Assembly: GCA_963785725.1 (NCBI GenBank)
Contig: CAWAWS010000016.1
Span: 320,001-384,000 of the forward strand
Reading direction: 5' to 3'
DNA from: an uncultured delta proteobacterium
Lineage (GTDB): Bacteria > Myxococcota_A > Polyangia > Palsa-1104
Length of the DNA: 64,000 bases
The position numbers were made by a program, and so were the translations under genes. Below the pieces are notes generated by a model. The model was not told where the DNA came from. It worked only from the letters and a program-made list of their open reading frames with translations, and ran no database searches. Below are positions 45,335 to 52,922 of this stretch, in pieces; position 1 is the stretch's first letter, and the number at the start of each line of letters is the position of its first letter.

Positions 45335-46129
45335 ATGAACGAGCAGGCGAGAGAGCACATCGAAGCGCGCAGCGAGGGCGGCGTGCGCGTGATTACGCTG
45401 GCGCGGCCGGAGAAGAAGAACGCGTTTACGTTCGCCATGTACGACGCGCTGGCGCGGGCGTTGGCGCGCGCCGACGCCGATGACGACGTGCGCGTCGTGC
45501 TCATCGAGGGCGCCGGCGGCGTGTTCACGGCCGGAAATGACCTCGGCGACTTCTTGCAACTGAGCGGCGGCGGCGGACGAACGGCGCCGGGCGGCGATGT
45601 GGCGGGCGACGGCGGCGCGGCCATTCGCGTGCTGCTGCAGCTCGTCGACCAGCAGAAGCCGATCGTCTGCGCGGTCGACGGCGCGGCCATCGGCATCGGC
45701 ACGACGATGTTGCTGCACGCCGACTACGTGGCGGCGTCGACGCGCGCGCGCTTTGCGTTGCCGTTCGTCAATCTGGGGCTGTCGCCCGAGGGCGGATCGA
45801 GCTTGCTGTTGCCGATGCTGGTCGGGCTGCAGCGGGCGTCGGAGTGGCTGTTGTTCGGCGAGCCGTTCGACGCGGCGCGGGCGAAGGAGGCCGGGTTGGT
45901 CAATGAGATCGTCGAGCCGGAGGCGCTGGGCGAGCGGGCGTTGGCGCGCGCGCGGGCGTTGGCGGAGCGGCCGGTGGCGTCGTTGACGGCGGCGAAGCGG
46001 CTCTTGCGTGAGCCCTTGCGCGCGCAGGTAAAGGCGACGATCGAGCGCGAATGGCACGTATTCATCGAGCGGCTGGCCTCGCCGGAAGCCGCGCAAGCCA
46101 TGCAGGCATTCCTGCAGAAACGGCGCTGA
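45335..46129 (+). CDS. enoyl-CoA hydratase/isomerase family protein
   Basis: RPEKKNA, FTAGND, AIGIG, PFVNLGLSPEG. Confidence 0.9.
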   Translation: MNEQAREHIEARSEGGVRVITLARPEKKNAFTFAMYDALARALARADADDDVRVVLIEGAGGVFTAGNDLGDFLQLSGGGGRTAPGGDVAGDGGAAIRVLLQLVDQQKPIVCAVDGAAIGIGTTMLLHADYVAASTRARFALPFVNLGLSPEGGSSLLLPMLVGLQRASEWLLFGEPFDAARAKEAGLVNEIVEPEALGERALARARALAERPVASLTAAKRLLREPLRAQVKATIEREWHVFIERLASPEAAQAMQAFLQKRR

Positions 46130-46184
46130 CGCACGCCGATGCGCTCACCGGCGTCTCGCATCACATCGACCATCGCCTCGGCCA

Positions 46185-46510
46185 AGTAATAGAACTATCA
46201 CCAGCAACTCCGACATCACGGCGACAACGTCGACACATAGCGACAGAAAATCACACTGCTTCGCAAATCGCGGCAGCCACGGCATTCGACGCCATCGACC
46301 AATAGAAATATCACTATCACTTCGCCAGCTTCGCGCCGACGCGACCCGAGCCACAAACGCCAGTGATAGAAATATTACTATCACTTCGCCAGCTTCGGAC
46401 CGACACGACCCGAGCCGAAACGCCAGTGATAGAAATATTACTATCACTTCGCCAGCTTGCTGACACGCCTGGAGTCAATTGACACTGGTGATAGAAATAT
46501 TACTATCACT
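46185..46510. repeat. array of the 24-bp palindrome AGTGATAGAAATATTACTATCACT at about 63-bp period
   Basis: Exact at 46362 and 46425; one mismatch at 46487; partly degenerate at 46298; strongly degenerate at about 46185 and 46239. Confidence 0.85.
46479..46510 (+). promoter_or_regulatory. promoter/operator of the hydrolase-TetR operon
   Basis: TTGACA (46479-46484), 16 nt spacer, TACTAT (46501-46506); the palindrome covers the spacer and -10; GTG at 46514. Confidence 0.7.
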
Positions 46511-46513
46511 TTC

Positions 46514-47479
46514 GTGGGCGAGGACGAGCGTAGCCTCCGAGCAGCATGCGGAGTCGTCCGCGGACATCGTTCCGTCGTCGTTGACGGCGTCCGACTCGCT
46601 TACGAGGATTCGGGGGACGACGGTTCCGAGAGCGCCGGCAGCGCCGAGCGTGCCGACAGCTCCGAGCGTGCCGACAGCTCCGACAGTGCCGACAGCGCCG
46701 ACCGTTCCGGGCGCGCCGGCAGCCCCGACCGTCCCCCACTCGTCTGCCTGCACGCCGTCGGCCACGGCGCCGGCGACTCCGCCGCCTTTCGCGCCCGCCA
46801 CGCCCGCCACTTCCGCACCCTCGCCCTCGACTGGCCCGGCCACGGCCGCTCCGCCGCCGACTCTGCCCCACCCAGCGCCGCCCGCTACGCCGCCCTGCTC
46901 GCCGGTTTCCTCGACGCGCTCGCCCTACCGCCCGCCGTCCTCATCGGCAACTCCATCGGCGGCGCCGCCGCCGTGCGCCTCGCCGCCGCTCGCCCCGACC
47001 GCGTCCGCGCGCTCGTCCTGTGCAATCCCGGCGGCTTCACCCGCCCGAGCTTCGTCAAACGCGCCTACACCCGCGCGCTCGCCTCGATCTTCGCCCGCGG
47101 AGCCGCCCGCGCCCGCTGGTTCCCACGCTTCTGGCGCGCCTTCTGCTCCCGCGTCCTCGCCACGCCCGCCGCCGCCGAGCAGCGCGAGCGCATCATCGCC
47201 GCCGGCCCCGAGATGGCCCCGCTCTTACGCGACGCCTGGCGCAGCTTCGCCGCCCCCGACGACGCGCTGCATCGGCTGCTGCCGTCGCTCGCCTGCCCGG
47301 TCCTCGTCACGTGGTCGCTCGGCGATCCGGTGAACCCACTCTTCATCAACCGCGGCGCGATCCGCCTCTTTCGCGATGGTCGCCTCCACACGTTCGCCGG
47401 CGGACACGCGCCGTTCCTCGAAGTCCCCGACGCCTTCGACGCCGTCTTCGCCACGTTCATCCAGGAGCTCCGCCCATGA
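46514..47479 (+). CDS. alpha/beta hydrolase
   Basis: LHAVG, DWPGHG, GNSIGG nucleophile elbow, GHAP; Ser/Asp low-complexity insertion near the N-terminus. Confidence 0.88.
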   Translation: MGEDERSLRAACGVVRGHRSVVVDGVRLAYEDSGDDGSESAGSAERADSSERADSSDSADSADRSGRAGSPDRPPLVCLHAVGHGAGDSAAFRARHARHFRTLALDWPGHGRSAADSAPPSAARYAALLAGFLDALALPPAVLIGNSIGGAAAVRLAAARPDRVRALVLCNPGGFTRPSFVKRAYTRALASIFARGAARARWFPRFWRAFCSRVLATPAAAEQRERIIAAGPEMAPLLRDAWRSFAAPDDALHRLLPSLACPVLVTWSLGDPVNPLFINRGAIRLFRDGRLHTFAGGHAPFLEVPDAFDAVFATFIQELRP

Positions 47480-48060
47480 AACGCACCGCTTCGCGCCCGG
47501 TCCGCGGCACGGCCTCCGAGACCGCCGCGCGCCTCGTCGACGCCGCGCTCGTCGTCTTCAACCGCGACGGCTACTTCGGCACCGATTCCAACGCGCTGGC
47601 CCGCGCCGCCGGCTACTCGCCGGCCACCTTCTACAAGCACTTCGAGGACAAACGCGCGCTGTTCATCGCCGTCTACGCCCGCTGGGTCGACGACGAATGG
47701 CAGGAGGTCGAAGCCATCGTCAGCGACGGCGGGACGCCCATGAAGCGCGCCCGCCGCGTCGTCGCCGCCGTCGTCGCGCAGCACGAGCGCGCCCGCGGCA
47801 TGCGCGCCGCGCTGCGCGTGCTCGTGCATCAAGACGCGACGGTGCGCGCCGCGTTCGTGGCGCGCCGACGGGAACAGCTCGACCGCATGCGCACGCTCGG
47901 CGGCGGGCGCCACAGTCGCGCCGCCGACGCGCTCATCCTGTTGACGCTCGAGCGCACCTGCGACGCCATCGCCGACGGCGAGCTGGAGGCGCTCGGCGCG
48001 GCGCCCGCGGCGCTCGTGACGCTCATCGAGCGCCAGCTCGCCGACTACTTCGAGCAGTAA
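47476..48060 (+). CDS. TetR family transcriptional regulator
   Basis: LVDAALVVFNRDGY..LARAAGYSPATFYKHFEDK; ATGA overlap with the hydrolase stop. Confidence 0.9.
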   Translation: MKRTASRPVRGTASETAARLVDAALVVFNRDGYFGTDSNALARAAGYSPATFYKHFEDKRALFIAVYARWVDDEWQEVEAIVSDGGTPMKRARRVVAAVVAQHERARGMRAALRVLVHQDATVRAAFVARRREQLDRMRTLGGGRHSRAADALILLTLERTCDAIADGELEALGAAPAALVTLIERQLADYFEQ

Positions 48061-48272
48061 GCCGCCGGCCACCACTCGCCGCGCCGCCGCGGCACGACGC
48101 CAAGTCCACGGGGCGGTGCCGTCGTTGTCGCGCCTCCACGTCGCGAGGCCCTCGGCTTGACGCCGTTCCCGCTCCACGCGCTCGTTTAGGTCCACCGCCG
48201 CCACTCGCGCGCGCCCCGCCGCACGCGCTCACGCCGGCTGACGCCGCCCTCCCGCCGCGCTAAAGTCCGGCC

Positions 48273-49643
48273 GTGCCGCTCACCGCCCGCCATCGCCAGC
48301 TCGCCCAACGCGCCCTCGCCGCGCTCATCATCCTGGCCGCGGTCATCCTCTTCTGGCTCCGCCCCGCCGCGACGCCGCCCGGCTTCTTCCTCGACGAGCC
48401 TTCCATCACCCTCAACGCCGCCTGCATCGCCGCCACCGGACACGACGAATACGGCACGCGCCTACCGCTCTTCTTCCGCGCTTTCGGCGAATACAAACAG
48501 CCCGTCTACGTCTACATGCAGGCCGCGCTCTTCCTCGTCCTGCCCGCCGAGCTCCTGACGGCGCGCCTGTTCTCGATGGCGCTCGGCTTCCTCGCCGTCG
48601 CCGTCCTCCTCTGGCTCGTCGCACGCCTCGACTTCGGCGACGTCACGCGCAACCCGCTCTTCGTCGCCGTCGCCGCCTTCGTCTGCCTGCTGTCGCCGTG
48701 GCTGCTCGTCATCTCGCGCTTCCCGGTCGAATGCACGCTGGTGCCGCTCATCGTCATCCTGCAGCTCGCCTGCACCTACTTCATGCTGCGCACGGGCTCG
48801 CTGCGCTGGGCCATCCTCGACGGCGTCACCATCGGCCTCGGCGCCTACGTCTACCATTCGCTGAAGATCATCCCGCCGGTGCACTTCGCCGTCCTCGGCC
48901 TCGTCGCGCTCGTGCAGCTGCGCCGCCAGCGCCGCCCGCTCGTCGCCATCGCCGTCGCCGCCGCCACCTGCGCGCTCGTCCTCGTGCCGCTCGCGCTCGA
49001 CCTGCTCGGCGCCCGCCACTCGATGGCCCGCTACGCCGGCGTCAGCGGCCACTTCAGCCTCGACTCACTGCTGCGGCTCTTCTTCCTGCACTTCAATCCG
49101 CGCTTTTTCTTCTTCCGCGGCGACGCCAACCTGCGCCACCATTATCAATTCCTCGGCGAGCTCAACCTCGTCTTCCTCGTCCTGTGGCCCGCCGGCATCA
49201 TCGACTGCATCCTGCGCGCCCGCCGCGGCGACGTCTTCCCCGGCTATCTCCTCCTCATCACCATCGCCTGCTTCATCCCCGCCTCGCTCAGCGACGACGG
49301 CCCGCCGCACGCGCTGCGCTCCTCGGCCGCGCTCATGCCCATGCTGCTCACGTCCGCGTACGGCTTCTCGCGCCTCTGGCCCTTCATTCAGCGCGCATTT
49401 GCCGCGCAAATCATCGCCGCGCTCGTCATCGCTTTGGCGCTCACGCAAGGGATATTCGGCGTCATTCATTACCAAACGACCTATGACCAAATGAGCGCCC
49501 GTTATTGGCGCGACGAGCAGCGACTCGCCAACATTCGCGCCAATCCGCACGATATCCCGACGACGAACCACAACGACAACACGATCTTCGAGCGGCTCTA
49601 TCGCGTCACCGATCGCAAAGAGTATCGTTACTGCGGCCAATAA
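48273..49643 (+). CDS. GT-C (ArnT/PMT-like) membrane glycosyltransferase
   Basis: PPGFFLDE, DEYG..LPLFF, YKQP, multiple TM helices, GDANLRH. Confidence 0.75.
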   Translation: MPLTARHRQLAQRALAALIILAAVILFWLRPAATPPGFFLDEPSITLNAACIAATGHDEYGTRLPLFFRAFGEYKQPVYVYMQAALFLVLPAELLTARLFSMALGFLAVAVLLWLVARLDFGDVTRNPLFVAVAAFVCLLSPWLLVISRFPVECTLVPLIVILQLACTYFMLRTGSLRWAILDGVTIGLGAYVYHSLKIIPPVHFAVLGLVALVQLRRQRRPLVAIAVAAATCALVLVPLALDLLGARHSMARYAGVSGHFSLDSLLRLFFLHFNPRFFFFRGDANLRHHYQFLGELNLVFLVLWPAGIIDCILRARRGDVFPGYLLLITIACFIPASLSDDGPPHALRSSAALMPMLLTSAYGFSRLWPFIQRAFAAQIIAALVIALALTQGIFGVIHYQTTYDQMSARYWRDEQRLANIRANPHDIPTTNHNDNTIFERLYRVTDRKEYRYCGQ

Positions 49644-49777
49644 CCGCGCCTCATCAAACGAAAACATAAGTTTTTAACGTCATTCATATATCGTCGAGAT
49701 GGAATGATTGACGCGCGCCGGGCATACTCGACGAATGGTGCGACGACGATTCCTGCGCGCTCGCGAGGCGCGCGCGC

Positions 49778-50401
49778 ATGGCTGATTCCGCCGCGCCAGC
49801 CGTCGACGGCTGGCACATTCCGGCGCCGCTGTGGCACGAGCTGCGACACGCGTACGCCGCGCCCGGCCGCCACTATCACGACGCGCGCCACCTCGACGAG
49901 GTCCTCGCCCGCTTCGCCGACGTCGCGCGCACCATCGGCTGGCAGTCGCCGCGCGAAGTCTTACTGGCCCTACTCTATCACGACGTCGTCTACGTCACCA
50001 CGCGCCACGACAACGAAGCGGAGAGCGCCGTCGTCGCCCGCGCCGCCGTCGCCCGCTGGCTCGCCGCCGACGGCATCGACGCCGATCGCGTGGCCGCGCT
50101 CATCCTCCTCACGGCGCGCCACGGCGCGCTGACGCCCGCCGACGTCGACCGCGACGCTGCCCTCTTCGTCGACTGCGACATGAGCATCCTCGGCGCCACG
50201 CCCGCGCGCTTCGACGAATACCAGCGCGACGTCGCCCGCGAATACGCGCTCATCCCGCCCGACATCTACGCCGCCGGCCGCCGCCACTTCCTCGCGCGCG
50301 TCCTGCAAAGCGAGCGCATCTTCCTCTCCGACCACTTCCACAGCGCGCTCGACGCCGCCGCCCGCGCCAATCTCACGCGCGCGCTCGCCGCCACGCCTTA
50401 A
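49778..50401 (+). CDS. HD-superfamily metal-dependent phosphohydrolase
   Basis: RHYHDARH, YHDVVY, DNEAES, DCDMSILG, REY. Confidence 0.85.
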   Translation: MADSAAPAVDGWHIPAPLWHELRHAYAAPGRHYHDARHLDEVLARFADVARTIGWQSPREVLLALLYHDVVYVTTRHDNEAESAVVARAAVARWLAADGIDADRVAALILLTARHGALTPADVDRDAALFVDCDMSILGATPARFDEYQRDVAREYALIPPDIYAAGRRHFLARVLQSERIFLSDHFHSALDAAARANLTRALAATP

Positions 50402-50414
50402 TCGATATTAAGGA

Positions 50415-50467
50415 GATACTAAAGCAACCACTTCAGCATCGACACTGAAGCAACCACTTCAGTATTC
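50415..50467. repeat. two tandem 26-bp ArsR-operator-like motifs
   Basis: gatactaaagcaaccacttcagcatc followed by gacactgaagcaaccacttcagtattc. Confidence 0.8.
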
Positions 50468-50468
50468 G

Positions 50469-51905
50469 TCATGGGCGCAGCTTCTTCAGCATCTTTGCCG
50501 CGTTGTCGTTCTGCGGATTCAGCGCCAACGAACGCTCGTAATTGGCGATCGCCTTGTCCTTCTGTCCGTCGTTCATATAGGCCTCGGCGAGGCTGTCATA
50601 CGCGTTCGCCGACTTGCCGTGCAGCGCGACGTTGCGCTCGAACAGCGCGATCGCGTCGCCGTTGCGCTTACGATTGAGCAGGCGATAGCCGGCGAGGTTG
50701 ATGGAATCCTCGGATATCGCGCCGCTCTGCATCGCGCCGCCGTATTCCTGCAGCGCCGCCGCCAATCCGCGCTCGCGTAAGACGCGATTGAGCTGCATCG
50801 CCGGCGAATCATAGTGGTCGTATTTCAGCCACGCGAATGCCGGCTGCTCGCCGCCCATCGCCAAATCGACGATATCGGGCGCGATCGATAATCCATTCTC
50901 GCTATTGTCGAACATCACGAAGCCCGAGCGCGTCTTGGGATCGAGGACGACGAACGCCTTGAAGACGCCGTTATCGCCCCAATGCCATAACAAATCGCCT
51001 TTCGCCGTCCGTTCGATACCCCAGCCCAAACCCCAAAATAGATTCTTCGACAAGGCCTTCGGAGCTCGATCCGTACAGTTCGTGCACTCGGGATCGACGG
51101 CGATCTGCGCCGTCTCCATCTCGCGCAGCGTCGTCGGCTTCAACCCAACGCCGTCGAGGATCGCCACCAGAAAGCGCGCATAATCCTGCGCCGTCGTATT
51201 CAAGCTGGCCGCGGCGATCTCCTTCGTCGCCTTGAACGGTGGCTGCGGCTGGCCGTCGCCGTCATGGCCAGTCGCCAGGTGCGACTCGTTCTCGGCGTGC
51301 CACAGATAGCTCGAGCGCGTCATTCCCAAAGGCGTAAACACCAGCTCTTTCATGACCGTGTCGAGCGGCTTACCGGTTATCCGCTCGACGACACGCTGCA
51401 AATAAACGATTCCTTCACCGGAATAACTAAAGCGTTCGCCGGGATTGAACTTGATGAGCAAGGGACCGCCGTCGGGGCGCCAATTGGGAAAGCCGCTGCG
51501 ATGGCTGAGCACGATGCGCGCGGTAATCGCATTCAAGCGCGCGTCGCCGTCGATATAGGGCTGCGGCAGATACGTCGTCAGCGGCACATCGAGCCCGAGC
51601 TTGCCTTGATCGACGAGCTTCAAGACGGCATAAGTAAACAGCGGTTTACTTAGCGATCCGGCCGAGAAGATCGTCTCGTCGTCGACGCGCTGACCGGTTC
51701 GCACGTCCTTGACGCCGAACGCATGCAGCCAGCGCAGCCGACCGTGCTCGAGGAGCGCGATCGACAAGCCGGGCACGGTCGCCAGCTTCATGAGCTCGGG
51801 GATTCGCGCCTGCAGTCGCGCGATCCGCGCCGTTTCGTCGGCGCGCGAATCGGCGCGCGCCGTATGCAGTGACAGGATTACGGCCATGACCACGCTCAGG
51901 CGCAT
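50469..51905 (-). CDS. serine hydrolase (AmpC/beta-lactamase-like) with C-terminal TPR
   Basis: Signal peptide, SLSK (SxxK), LSHRSG, FSYSGEG, WHWG; TPR ANAYDSLAEAY. Confidence 0.88.
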   Translation of the reverse strand: MRLSVVMAVILSLHTARADSRADETARIARLQARIPELMKLATVPGLSIALLEHGRLRWLHAFGVKDVRTGQRVDDETIFSAGSLSKPLFTYAVLKLVDQGKLGLDVPLTTYLPQPYIDGDARLNAITARIVLSHRSGFPNWRPDGGPLLIKFNPGERFSYSGEGIVYLQRVVERITGKPLDTVMKELVFTPLGMTRSSYLWHAENESHLATGHDGDGQPQPPFKATKEIAAASLNTTAQDYARFLVAILDGVGLKPTTLREMETAQIAVDPECTNCTDRAPKALSKNLFWGLGWGIERTAKGDLLWHWGDNGVFKAFVVLDPKTRSGFVMFDNSENGLSIAPDIVDLAMGGEQPAFAWLKYDHYDSPAMQLNRVLRERGLAAALQEYGGAMQSGAISEDSINLAGYRLLNRKRNGDAIALFERNVALHGKSANAYDSLAEAYMNDGQKDKAIANYERSLALNPQNDNAAKMLKKLRP

Positions 51906-51967
51906 CGGCAGCATCCTTGGACGTGACGAATGGGCGTGGCTGGTTTCAGACGATCGTCGCGATCGCG

Positions 51968-52429
51968 TCAGGTTTCGCCGTCGAAGCGCGTCATATACGT
52001 GGCCGCGTGGTCTTCGTCGTCGCTGAAGCCGCAGGCGCGATAGAACGCGACGGCGCCGGGATTGTCGGCCAGCACCCACACTTCGACGACGTGGTGCGCC
52101 GCCATCCACGCGTTCATCGCGGCGACGAGCGCGCGGCCGACGCCGTGCCGTCGCTGCGCCTGGCGCACGCCGATCTCGTACAGCAAGAGCTCGGCCGGCT
52201 GGTCGCGACGACGCACGATCTGACACGACAGGAAGCCGAGGACGTCGCCACCCGACTCGGCGATCCAGAAGAGCACATTGGGATCACCGAGGAACGCGCG
52301 CGCCGCCGCCGTCGGCAAGGGCACGCTGGGCGCGCTGCGATCGTCGAGATCGAAGTCGGGCTCGTCACGGGCCAACAGCCCGAGGATGGCTTCGTCGTCA
52401 GGCCCGATGCGGCGAACGGCAACCGGCAT
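51968..52429 (-). CDS. GNAT acetyltransferase
   Basis: YEIGVRQAQRRHGVGRAL, DNPGAVAFYRACGF. Confidence 0.85.
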   Translation of the reverse strand: MPVAVRRIGPDDEAILGLLARDEPDFDLDDRSAPSVPLPTAAARAFLGDPNVLFWIAESGGDVLGFLSCQIVRRRDQPAELLLYEIGVRQAQRRHGVGRALVAAMNAWMAAHHVVEVWVLADNPGAVAFYRACGFSDDEDHAATYMTRFDGET

Positions 52430-52482
52430 GAGGGCAGCATAATACGCTTCGTCAGTCGCGTTAACTGCAGGGCCGGCGCGGG

Positions 52483-52780
52483 CTACCAGTGTTTGCGGCG
52501 CACGTCGAGCAGCCAGGCCTCGAGCGCGTCGCGGTTGGGCGCTTCGTCGGGCAGCGCGCTCGCCGCCGGCCGCGTCGGGCAGCGCGAGCGCGCGCTCGAC
52601 CTCGGCGCGCCATTTGCCGCGCAAGGGCTCGGCGTCGCCGAAGCCGTATTCGTCGAGCAGCTGCGTGACGTCGGTGACGATGTGACCCGAGCGCAGCGCG
52701 TGCAGGCGGGTCAACGCCGTGCGCAGGACGTACAAGAGCTTCTTCGCCGTCGGCTGCGCGGCCGCGTCGAAGTCGAATGC
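52483..52780 (-). pseudogene. 3' remnant of a predicted nucleotidyltransferase (YcgL-like)
   Basis: TAKKLLYVLRTALT..LRSG and, in another frame, SALPDEAPNRDALEAWLLDVR; no N-terminal domain. Confidence 0.55.
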
Positions 52781-52922
52781 TCATGATGAAGCGGCGCAAA
52801 GCGTCGCGCCGAAACGGCGCAAATTAGGCCTATCACAGGCACGCGCGACGGAAAATCGCCAATGCTCACGGCGGTGCGAATGGTCACTTGAGTGCGGGCG
52901 CCTTCGGGTGTCAGATTCCGAC

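Noticed and set aside
46298..46510. CRISPR array
   Set aside because: The inter-repeat segments are near-copies of each other (tcgccagctt...gacccgagcc..aaacgcc), the last repeat overlaps a promoter, and there are no cas genes in the window.
50469..51905. Bona fide antibiotic-resistance beta-lactamase
   Set aside because: Generic serine hydrolase with YSG rather than YxN and a TPR tail; substrate cannot be inferred.
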